The position numbers and the translations under genes are program-made. This document shows positions 51,701-62,180 of a DNA stretch of 64,000 nucleotides, in pieces. The notes below the pieces were generated by a model that worked only from the letters and a program-made list of their open reading frames with translations, was not told the DNA's origin and searched no databases. The stretch lies in assembly GCA_036172245.1 (NCBI GenBank), contig JAYWIR010000019.1:2852001-2916000 (forward strand), given 5' to 3'. The stretch comes from Raillietiella orientalis. Taxonomy: Eukaryota. Position 1 is the stretch's first letter. Each line of letters begins with the position of its first letter.

Positions 51701-54700
51701 GGAACCGCTGTCTGCCGCTGCTATGTCACTTTGAACCGGAAGGAAGAACTCTGTCTACCGTGACCCTGCCATGTCCCAGCACACCAAAGCTTCTTTGCAA
51801 GGGGAGGGCGTTCCGGTGTTGCTCTGGAGTGATGCCGAGCGTATCCACCTGACTCTTCCCTCTTCCTCCCCCGAGAGAGTGCTTCTTGGGAACTCGTCAG
51901 CGCTGACCTCCGTGCTGCGTGCAGCTGCAGCAGCCCGGAGATGAATCTGCGGCCGGGTACTGGCTTGGAAAGCTCAGTTCGGGGAGCAGAGCAGGGGGAG
52001 TGGCCCCGAGAAGATGGGCTGGCACTCCCACCGCCGTCGAAGCAGCACCCTCACCCTCGTCGCACGGACGTGGGACAGATCGTGCGAGCGGCCCACCGGC
52101 GCAGATGTTCCTCGGAGGGCTTTTCACTCCCCTCCCTCCATGCCTGGGTCCTACGGGGGCTGCACGGCCCGCACCTCGGCGACCCACCTCTCCTCGCATC
52201 CGCCCTCCTCCCGCTCCCGCGAGGGAGGGAGGGAGGGAAGAATGAGGAAGGGCGAAGTCCGCCGGGCGCGGGACGGTCCCTAGCGGCGCCCCTGATTCCC
52301 TCCCCACGAACCTCTGGACTCTCTCTCGAGCCTCCAGGTGCCGAGGGGAAACCTCCGGGAATCGCAGGGAGACGTCTCGCCGCGCGTCCCTCCGGTGGCG
52401 GCGCGAGCCTGCTAATCCCATTTGGGTGATCGTGCGCGTTGTCCTGGAGACGCGTCGCCTCGCGGGAAAACAGTGGGTTTCACGCGGTGCGTGCGCGCGC
52501 GTCTCCTCCGTCCGTCCCAGCTCTCTTGACCGCGGCACGTCCCGCCAAAGGGTTAACTTCGGAGAGAGCGGGGAGCGGCGAACGAGATCGCAGCTTCATT
52601 CATGTACCGTGCGCGTGCTGCCCCCTCCCTCCGCGCGGCCCCGAGATCCCGATTTTTCCCGCCGTTGCTCCCGCGATGGGGCGAGGCGGGCTCTCGCGAC
52701 TCGTCAGGCTACGGCGGCTGTAGCGGTAGCAGCCTACCGGGTCCAGCCCTTCCCGGAAGGGACGCGCTCCCGACCCGTCCCCAGGGGCTTTCGGGACGTC
52801 CACAAAGCAAGCCTTTTCCTGGGATCGAGCGCGCGACGCCGGCCCAGGGAGACCGGGAGTGAGTGGGAGGGGGGTGCTGCTCCCCTTCGTTTCCGTTGAG
52901 ACTTCCTCTCGTCTCACCGCTCTTCCTGGCGGTGCCGGAGGCAAAGCCACTGCCTTCCTCCTTCCTCCCTCCCTCCCGTGGAGCTCGCTCGACCTGCGTG
53001 TGGGCCCCGAGATCAGGACCAGGAAGGGTGGCGCGCCTTCGTAGATGGGGCTCGGCGTGAGGAACTCCTCCCCCGAGTCTAAGGATGGCCCGGGGCGGGC
53101 AGCAGCCGCAACCCGATCCGCATCCTGGGGTTGCCACGCGCTCACAGGAGCCGACTCTCTGATTGATCTTACCAGTGGCTGACCTCTGAAGAGCTCGCTG
53201 CTGGAAACAGTCCCTTGGGGCTCTCCCGAGCGCTTGCCAGTCGCTTTTGGGCCGACCTCCGAGCCCCATCCGTACGCCTGACCCCCTCCACTTTCCTTCT
53301 CCTTCCTTTTCCCACAATTTTCCCTCTAGCTCCCGAGCCTGGAGCCGACCGGGAGACGCCGCGCACCAGGGACGGGAGGGGTCCTCCCCTGCGACCGGTC
53401 CATTTCCAGGCGACGACCTGGAGAACGGCGGCGGCACCCGCCACGCTGCCGAAAGTTTCTTTTCTTCACCCTTCCCCGCCACTCCCTAATTGCGAACCCT
53501 GCAACCGCTGCTGAAATTCCCCTGGAATTCCTCCCCTGCGTAATTGGCCGCGTCTCCCCTAACGACTGCCCTGGACGACGAGGAAAGCGATGTGGGAGAG
53601 GAGCAAAGGATGATAACGATGATGAAGAGGAGGAGGAAGGGAAGAGAAAGAGGAAGAAATGGATGATGATGATGATGACGATGAGGAGGAGGAGGAGGGG
53701 GAACAGCCGCTCCACGAGCGTCGGCATCCAAGGCCCTCCTGCACCCTCCGGCCATCTCTCTTCGGAGCACAAGAGAGCTCTTGGTGCAGGAGTGCTCAGC
53801 TCCTCTCTCTGTATGAAGCTGTCTGGCGTGCGCTAGAGTCCGCCTCCATGCCGATGGAGGAGCAAGTCCAATTCCCTCTCCTTCCTTGCCTTTCAGGCAA
53901 ACAGCTCTCTCTCCGCTTTGGATCGCCGCTGGCTCCCGTTTCTTGGCGGCACCCCTCGCGGGCGAGGACGCCAGTCTGGCAGCAGGTCACGGGACGGGCC
54001 CGTCAGAGCCCGGAGGTGCGCGCGAACTCAGGGCGCTGCTGCTGCAGAGGACGAGCCGCGCAGCCCCCGGCACCGCCTATAGGGGAGTTCAGAGGGGAAG
54101 GGGAGGCCGCTTTCCGGATGCATCCCTGCTCGCCTCAAGGGTGCGACCGCAGGGGAAGGAGAGAAGGAGGAGCGACCCTCCCGGCTTCCTTTCCCTCTCC
54201 TCTCTCTGGTCCGCGAGGGAGATCGGCGTTCGCCCTGCTCCTCCGTCTCAGCAACAACGACGATGACTTACTGATGCGGCCAGCGAGCGGGAGGGGCAAC
54301 TCCCTGTCCGCTTTCTCCTCCCCTTCTTCTCTGACCTTACGCTGGCATTGCTGCGACCTTCTCATCTCCCCTCCCTCCCTTGTCCTTGTTTCCTCCTGGT
54401 CGCTCCCTTACCTCGGAGCGAGTTTCGTGGTTGCCTGGGGCAGAGGAAGGGCTATGTGCGCGTGAGATTCCTGCGTTTTCCCACCTGCCAGGTGGGTGCC
54501 GAGGATGGACGCTGGGACGAGGATCCACTCTGTCTGCTGTCCTGACAGCTCGGGGAAGAAGGAAGGCAAGGGTCGGGAGGAAGGTCAAGCAACTCGGCTC
54601 CGCGACTGTCCCCGCGGGGAGATCCGCCCTCCTCCCCGTCCCTGACTCCGGAGAGGGCAAGCCCTGCGCCTCGGAGGGCGTCCTGGCGAAAGACCTCACG

Positions 54701-54914
54701 GTCAGATAGGACAGAGCGCGTCCGCTCCCGATGCCGCCGCTTCCAGGAGGTCTCGCGCATGCAGGAGACCGCCATCTGGCGCGGATGATTTATTCCCGGT
54801 CGTTCCCAACCCCCGCTCGGCCAGCGGCCATCCCGTTCGGATAGATGGAAGCCATTAAGGGAGTGGCAGGCGTTAATCCCACTTAACTCCCGTTCTACCC
54901 CGCCGTTCGCACCT

Positions 54915-55220
54915 CCCCCGTCCCTTTTCCTCCCCTTACCCTCTTCTTCCCTTCTTTCTCTTCCTACTCTTCCACTCCTCCTTCTCCTCTTCCTTCGACC
55001 ACCTCCCTTGCTCCTGGTCTCCCACTTCCTCTTCCTCCTCCTTCTTCCACTTCCTTCCCTCCTTTCTTCTTCCTCCTCCCTTCTCTTCTTTTTCTTTCGC
55101 TCCTCCTTCTCCTGCTCCCATCGGCAACCTCTCATGTTCCTGTACTCCCTCCTCCCCATCATCATCCCTTCGTCTTCCCTTACTCCTCCTCCCCCTTGCC
55201 TTCCCTTTCCCTCCCCGCTA
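54915..55220 (+). repeat. ~300-bp CT-rich low-complexity tract
   Basis: Almost purely C/T on the + strand. Similar tracts occur at about 40505-40730 (CT), 55725-55845 (GA) and 57440-57640 (GA). Confidence 0.9.
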
Positions 55221-56319
55221 ATCCTTCTACCAGGTCGCTCACGTGCGCGCGTGCGGGGTAGGGTGCGCGCGCGCCCCTGCACCTTCGTCACCCCCGTGAC
55301 TCCAGCCTGTGTAGGGGGCGAGGCAGCCTGGCAGCTACACTGTTAATCCTCGAGAGCGCCGATATTGCGGGAGCGCCCGTCGTGGACGCGCGCGGACTCC
55401 ATTAAGGGAGGAGGACGACCCACGCGCACGAGATGGGGCCACCTCACAGGAGGGGAGGCAGCAAAGGGAGGGATGAGGGAGAGGGGAGAGGCGGAGGGGG
55501 GTTCTCGCTCAGTGCGTCTCGTCTCTCGGGCAACGAGAGGGAGCAAAAAGGAGGGCGGGAGGGGGGCCCCATCGGCACGTTTCCTGCCCCGCGCGAGTTC
55601 CTCCCGCTGCCCGCTGCTCCAGCGGTTCCCCGCTGGAAAGGGCGTCCCCGCGCTCCGCCCCCACGAGGGCTGATTAGCGCATTGTCGGCCGATTACCCTC
55701 CGCCGCGGCAACCGTGGTGGGGAACGAGGGAGGAGGCGGAAGAGGGAGAGAGGAGGAAGAGGACGAAGGGGAAAGGAGGAGGAGGAAGAGGCGGAAGAGG
55801 ACGAAGGAGCAAGGAGAAGGAGGAAGAGAAAGAGGAGGAAAAGAGGATCCTCATCCCGACATCATTCGTGGGAAACGCGCCGTTAACGGGATTAACGCGT
55901 GCCCACTCCCCGGGCAGCGGAGGCACTAACGAGGTTAGAGTCTCCATCTTCCTTGAGAGGGTGGGACCAGGAGGCAGTGGAGCCTTCGTCACGGCCTTCC
56001 TGCTGCCCCCGGGCGGCCACCGCAGAAAATGCCGCTAAGGTTCTTGCGTTCCTCGCGCCGTCCGACCTGCGCGCGTGCGTGCTGGGCGCACGGAGGGGTG
56101 GGACGCGTGGGAGGTTCTCCTCTCCCACCTCTGCCCTCCGCTCCGTTCCTCCCGTCCCAGCTCCTACACGCGCGCGCGCCGCCTCGCCTTCCCTCCTCCT
56201 CCTCCTCCTCTTCGGCGGCGCGGCAGGCGCCTCCGCCGCCGGCTGCAGATCTCTGACTCGGCGGCGTCTCTCCTTCCCTCCCTCCCTCCCTCCCTTCCTC
56301 GCTCCGTCCCCATCTCCCG

Positions 56320-56565
56320 GCGGTGACGTCACAGTCTCCCGGCCGGGTCGCGCGCGCCCGCTGATTGGTCGGGGAGGCGGGGCGCTCGCGCGCGCCGCAA
56401 GGAGGAGAAACCTCCTTGGGTTGCCTCGGCGACCGGCTGGAGGGGCGGCGAGCGCGCGCTGCGGCCAGTGGAATCTCCCCGACAGCCCGGACGCCTCCTC
56501 CCCCTGCTCCTCCCTCCTCCCCCCTCTCCCCCTCCTCCCCCTCCGGAGGAGGAGCCGGGCGGGCA

Positions 56566-56596
<31 letters not shown>

Positions 56597-56700
56597 TCCT
56601 GCCAGCGGACGGACGGCGGCGCAGTGAGCGAGCGACCGGCTCGTCCCAGTGCGTGCGTCGCGGTCGGGAGCAGCAGGACCTCCTCGGACCCTATAAGAGA
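56320..56700 (+). promoter_or_regulatory. Putative promoter of exon 1b
   Basis: Perfect CRE TGACGTCA 56324-56331, inverted CCAAT (ctgATTGG, 56364-56368), GC box GGGGAGGCGGGGC 56371-56383 and TATA-like TATAAGA 56692-56698. All lie in a very GC/CpG-rich island 330-700 bp upstream of the ATG. TSS not determined. Confidence 0.55.
56566..56595 (+). repeat. (GGC)10 trinucleotide repeat in the promoter/5'UTR region
   Basis: Read directly from the sequence. Confidence 0.95.
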
Positions 56701-57023
56701 GGGCGCCCGGTCGCAGGGACGCCACCACCCGCCACCGCCGCCGCCACCGCCCTCCGCGCGCGCACGCGCGCAGCTCTCCGTGTGGTTTACCCCTTGCGTG
56801 CCGCCGCGCGCGCGTGTGTGTGTGCGCGCGCGCGCGCGCGCAGGCCAGCGAGCGAAAAGGAAGGGCCGCCGGGGCCTCCACCCTCCGACCGACCCCCCGC
56901 CGCGCCAGCGACTTGCCCAGGGCGAGTTTCGCGCGGGCAGGCGAGGGAGACAGCGAGTGAGCCCGTGTGCTGCGAGAGGGGGTCGCCCGTGCCCGGGGCC
57001 GCCCCGCTGCCACCCCCGCACCG

Positions 57024-57166
57024 ATGGACTTCGTGCCGGGAATGTTCCCCTACCACCACCACCACCACCACCACCACCAGCCGGCGGGCTCCTTCCCGGA
57101 CTACCCCGGGCTCGCCTATTCTAGTCAGCGGCAGTCGCCGGTCAACCCTGCCTTCACGCACTCCTG
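57024..57166 (+). CDS. trh: First coding exon (proximal, '1b') of a trachealess/NPAS1/3-like bHLH-PAS transcription factor; partial gene
   Basis: ATG at 57024 (ccgATGG) with a second in-frame ATG at 57042. 47 codons + 2 nt: MDFVPGMFPYHHHHHHHHQPAGSFPDYPGLAYSSQRQSPVNPAFTHS-TG, followed by donor GTCAGT at 57167. The M(L/F)PY...DY.G..QRQ.P...FTHSW pattern matches my recollection of the Drosophila Trh N-terminus. Downstream exons were not found in the window. Confidence 0.75.
57054..57077 (+). repeat. (CAC)8 coding repeat, poly-His
   Basis: Eight uninterrupted CAC codons in frame with ATG 57024. Confidence 0.95.
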
Positions 57167-59369
57167 GTCAGTATGCGCACCCCGGGTTGCCGCGGCGATG
57201 GAAACGCGGGAGGGGAGGGAGGGACGGGACTCCTCTGGTTTCCCGGGAACAGCCCGAGGCCCGGTAGGGGCGCGCCCCGATCTCCGACTCCTTTCCGCCT
57301 CCTCTCGGAAGAGACGAGCAGAAATCGTTTCCTGTGACCCGCCGCTACCATGGGGCCGACCCTTCAGGTGCCATCCCTCGGCCGCTTGCCACGGAGCGTG
57401 AGTGCCCCTCCTGGGAGTCAAAGGGAAGCACCCCAAAGGGAAGGAGAGGAAAAGATCGGGAGGGGGAAGAATGGATGGGATGAAAAGGTGGCAGGAGGGA
57501 ACATGCGCGCGACGGGTGAAAGGGTAGTAGGAGGAAGAGAAGAGGACAAGGGAAGAAGAAGAAAGTAGGGGAGAAGTAGGAGGAAGGGATGACAACGATG
57601 AGGAGGAAAAAGGGAGGAGGAGGAGGAGGAGGAGGAGGCGCGCGGGCTGGTGGGCAGTCGGACGTCCTTCCGGGCGGCCACCCCGATAAGCCGCGCGCTA
57701 TCTTCCTGGCGCATCCGTCCCATGCACGTGGGTCCCCGGGACGTGCCGACTGCGCCCCGAGATACCATCTCGACCGGCTGCGCGGGAGAGCGCCTTCCGC
57801 CCCCTGCGGACGTGCATCGTTCCGGTTGATCTTCTACCGTCGCTTCTTCTTCTTCTCCTTCCGGCTGAGCCCATGCTCCTTCTGCCGGGGGCGCTGTTTC
57901 CAGGGAAAAGCCCTCCGATGCGCGCCCGCCGTCCCGGGAGCTCGTTGTCTTCCTCCTCCTCCTCTTCTTCCTGCTCCTCTTCCTTCCTCTCGGGGGGGAG
58001 AGTGGGAGACCGCTTCCGTCTTAACCGGGGAGAGGGACGAGGCTCGCGCGAGGAGGAGGCTCCATCTGAAGGGAGTGGTCGGGGGTGAGAGCAGCATGCC
58101 CCCGCTGGCCTTCCGACCTGGAGACCAGGATGAGGTTCTGATCCTTGCTTCTTCCTCCTCTGTGCGAGGGGATCTCCCTCTCCCGTCGTCAGGGAGTGCG
58201 CACGAGCGGTCTCCTGTGCTTTCTGCATCCCCACACCCCGTCTCCCTTTCGCACCTCGGTCCTCCCCCGCAGTTCGCCGGTCCTCAGGTCGAGCGAGCGG
58301 CAGCGAGGGTGGCGTCCCCATGGCCAGGGCTCTGCAGCGGTCTTACCGACCCTCTTCCCCGAGGGATGGCTCCAAGCATAGCCCTTACCCCTCCATCCGA
58401 GAGGGCTAGTCCCGAGGGGCCTTCGGCACCCCGAGCCGAGGGAGCGGTCGTGTCGCGCAAAATGGGAGAGGCCATCCTTCTCCTCGTTACCGTGTGAGCG
58501 GCCGGCACAGCCTTCCCACCCTTCGGCGCGCGCGTCCAAACGTGCATCCCGCAGGGATGCCGTCGTCTTGGATCCGAGGAGATGAGGGGGGGAGGAAGGG
58601 GTGGCTCCATCTGGGACCTCCGTCCATGGCTGGGAGAGGGAGAAGGACCTCGACGTGTTCGCGTCAGCCGAAGGGCTCCTGCGTGTCGCTAACGAAGACG
58701 CTCCTTCGGAAAGGTTTCGACCTGTCGGCGCTCCCCGGGGTCATCCTCCTTGCGTTCCCAGTGCAACCGGCCGGCGCCGCGCGCTCCGGAACCGAACCTC
58801 TTTCGCTGTCGACCACCGCTTCTCTGGAACTCGAAAGGGGTGCTCTCCGCGCTCTCGTTTCCTTGGCAACGCCATTCCCTGTTTTTCCCTCTTCTTCCTT
58901 CTCTCCGAAGAAGGACCTTCGCCTCCCCAAAATCAGAAAGTTAACTGAAAGTTAGACTGCAGCAATCGGATTACGTCCTCCTCCAGGCAGCCGCTGCGTC
59001 TTCCCGAAGGCGCGATTCCTCTAGACAGTTGGTTCATGTAAAACGATCCAGGAAGAGATTTGTCCCTTCCTCCCTCCCTCCTCTCCCCATCCTGGGTCCT
59101 CTTAGCGGGTACTGTGACTCTTGGTAGCAGTAGAGACTCCGAAGAAGTCGCCCTTCTTTCCGAAGCGTCCGAGACAGGTCAAACCAGTCCCGATCGGGAA
59201 AGGGAGCGAGGAACGGAGAGAGGGGCGCGCTCAGGCTGACGACACAGAGGGCCCTGGTGCTGTAAACCCGAATGGGAAGAGCGAGAGGTGGAGGGAGCAA
59301 AGGAAGAGCAGGATGCGCAAGGGGTGTGTGGAGGACGGAGATTGTCCATGCCTCCTATGAACCGACGGT

Positions 59370-60620
59370 TCGCCTGGAAGCGAAGCTGCCCGCGGAGCAT
59401 CTGCATGGCATCGATGGAAGCGCTCTCCAAGAAGCCGACTGCTCCCTGTTCCGCTTTCTCTCACCCTTCCCTAAGTTCCTGTCGCCTCTGGGAACGGCTG
59501 TCAGCATGCACCGGGATGGCAGCTTCAGGTCACGGAGCACCGCTGCTCAGGTGACTCACGACGACCGGAAGGCGCTCCACTGGCAGCGACCCCAGCGAAA
59601 GACCGCGTGTTTGGGATGTCGCCGTGACGGTGGGGAGGAAAGGGGGGGGAGGCATGGGTCGTGGTTGTTGCTGCTTTCTGCTGAAGGCGTCTCCGAGGAA
59701 GGCGAGAAGATTATCGGAGCGCAGGCCAGAGATCGGCCAGCACCCGCCATGAGAGGGTGGGAAACAGCGCGAGCTTCGCGAAGGTTTCGTCGATTCAAGG
59801 AAAAAGAACGAAGTAGGAACGGGGAAGAGGAGGAGGAAGCGATGCACATTGCTGCTCTGAGCTCCCTCTGCTCTCGAGTGGAAGGCGCGGAAATCCCCTG
59901 CTTCGTCTCCGAGGCGCACATGGAGGGACAGCAAATCCGGGGAAGATTTCCGCCGAGCAGATCGGGAGGAACGCCCGGCCAAGATCGGGAGACTCCGCGA
60001 AGGAAGCTGGAAAAAGTGGCGCAGGATACAGATTGGTTTGATCTTCCTGAGCAAGGGAGGCAAGGCTGCCTCGTTGCAACGAATTGGCTCCTCGGACGAG
60101 TGCTCGATCTTGACGTCGCGCTCCCGAATGGACGCTCCCGTACGAATCAGCTCCGACGCGCTTCTTGCGTTTCCGCTGCGGCCGTTTCCCTGGCAGTTCC
60201 CTTGCCGCCTTGCTAAGCGCGAGGTTCGGAGCTGACGCGGGGAGTTTTTCCACGGAATTTTGAGGGAAGTCACTGCGTTTCCTACTGACCAAGCACCCAA
60301 CGGGAACCTGGAAGAAAAACATCCCCACTCCGAGAAAACACCTGGATGCATGAGAAGCCGCTTTCTATCCCTGCCTCTCTTTCTTCTCTCCTTTTTTTTT
60401 TTTTTTTTATTTATTCTCTCTTCTGACGGAATTGCACTGACGTGCTGGCTCTTTTTCCCCGCCTCGCTTAATTATTAATATCACGCAGGAAGCTAGGAAG
60501 ATCTTGAGATCGTTGCAAGACGATAAACCAGACCGATAAACCATGATGTGGTCACCATGGATGAGGAAGCAGATAGGGGGGGATCCAGCAACGTCTCTGC
60601 GCATCCAGTCGCACTCTGGA
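59370..60620 (+). mobile_element. Decayed LINE RT relic in the intron after exon 1b
   Basis: FLSPFPKFL, GSFRSRSTAAQVTHDDRKAL, LEKVAQDTDWF, RVLDLDVAL, then MWSPWMRKQI..IQQR (VWSP...DI..LE.VQRR position). Confidence 0.45.
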
Positions 60621-60959
60621 TCATTTGCTTTCACATTGCTGACCGCGAATGACGGGAACATGGCAACGATGCATGCCGGTAACCCGAGATGCGCACCCGT
60701 AGAGTGCGGCGAGTTGAGAATTTCGAACGCCCTTTGCATGAGTGACGGCGACGGCAACTACTCCCGCCCAACTACAAAAGCCGGACTTGGAAAAGCTGGA
60801 TGATGGAAATCCTTTTGGGTTCGCTGTTTTTTGCCTTCCAGCATTTTTTTTTTCCCGTTTTTTCAGGTTTTCTTTTTTTTGGTTCGCTAAGTACCTCGCG
60901 TTCCTCGCCGCGCACGTGGCTCTTTAACATTGTTCCACGCCATCCGTGGAAGGTGAGTG

Positions 60960-61455
60960 TTATTCTTCAAGATAGGGAGCACCCCGGAAGGGGGGGTCCG
61001 CCCTATGAATCCAGGAAGCCTCGAGAGTCCATTCTTTTCACGCTTGGGGAAGGGGAATCGCACCTCCTATCGCACCTCCTGGTTGTCTGCGAAGGAAATC
61101 TCCTTCCTCCTTCTCTCCCGAGAGACCCCCTCCTCGCAAGGTGTGGTGGTCTTCTCCATTTCATCTTCTCCGAAGGGAACTCGGAAAGGATCCGCTTGTA
61201 GGATTTTCTTCTCCGGAGGGAACCCGCAAGGGAACCCTCTCCTCTTCACTCCTCTGAAGAGAACCCCGAAGGGACGCTTCCGAAACTCAGAAGGGGCGCT
61301 GCAGCTTCCCGCAGGGAATCGCTCTCGCTTGCTTCCTTGCACTCTGTGAAGAGGCAACGACTCGGAGGGTCCCCATCCCAACAGGGGGGTCCGCTCCTTT
61401 GAACAACTGGAGAGGTGCCCGTGAGGGCTCCTGCTCCATCTTGAAACCAGAGGGG
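60960..61455 (-). repeat. Dispersed interspersed repeat, copy B (inverted relative to copy A)
   Basis: See copy A. The ORF track shows the shared conceptual peptide FRKRPFGVLFRG in both places, on opposite strands. Confidence 0.85.
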
Positions 61456-61809
61456 GGACCGCCCTCCGTTGTACGACCAGAGGGGGAACTCCCCACTCCT
61501 TGATTCCTCGAAGGACCCGAAGGTCGACCCCCATTGTTTCGGCCATCATCGGGGGTCTCCGTCTTAAACGACCACCGGTGCCACGCCCGAATACCGGTCA
61601 GCCAGCGCCTTTGCAGGAGAAACTCGGAACCCAAAGACGCAGTGGCGTCAGTTTCTGCCGGAGTATTCGAACCCGCGACGCATGGTGCCACGCGCGGAAC
61701 CGAGTTTCTCCGTCTTTCTTGCACACGGAATTGCCGCATCCGCGATCACATGGTCTCCCTCTCATAATTTTCAATGAGGAGATAGGAAGAAAAGCAAACA
61801 GACGAAAAG

Positions 61810-62180
61810 ACTGCTCGTTCGCTCTTGCAGCTCTTGCAGTGGCTTGCCGGGCGTCGAAGAGTTTTACGGTCTCGGTGCGTGTTGTTGACAGGAAGTCACG
61901 GAGGCTCTCGCTCCATCACGAACAATCAGTAGGATCCGTGCAAAACGAACAATGAATTGGATCAACAATCAAGAATCTCCCGACTCGATTGCTGCTCAAC
62001 AATGAAGCCGTCTCCGCGTTGGGAAGGAGACTGGTTTCACGCAATTACGCGAACGGGGAGCGGTTGATGGTTGCCTGCGAGGCGTCATCCGAGGAGGGTG
62101 GCTGCAACCCGCTTTGGAATCATCAACCTCCTCATTTGATGAAGAGAGCCTGTGGATGGAAAGTTCTTAAATTAGGATGA
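61810..62180 (+). mobile_element. Decayed LINE ORF2 C-terminal relic
   Basis: QLLQWLAGRRR and PLWNHQPPHL resemble L.WLP...RR and LWNSLP..L. Confidence 0.35.

Noticed and set aside
53659..53700. MDDDDDDDEEEEE acidic ORF start
   Set aside because: GAT/GAG trinucleotide low-complexity run. The rest of the ORF is featureless and lacks exon signals.
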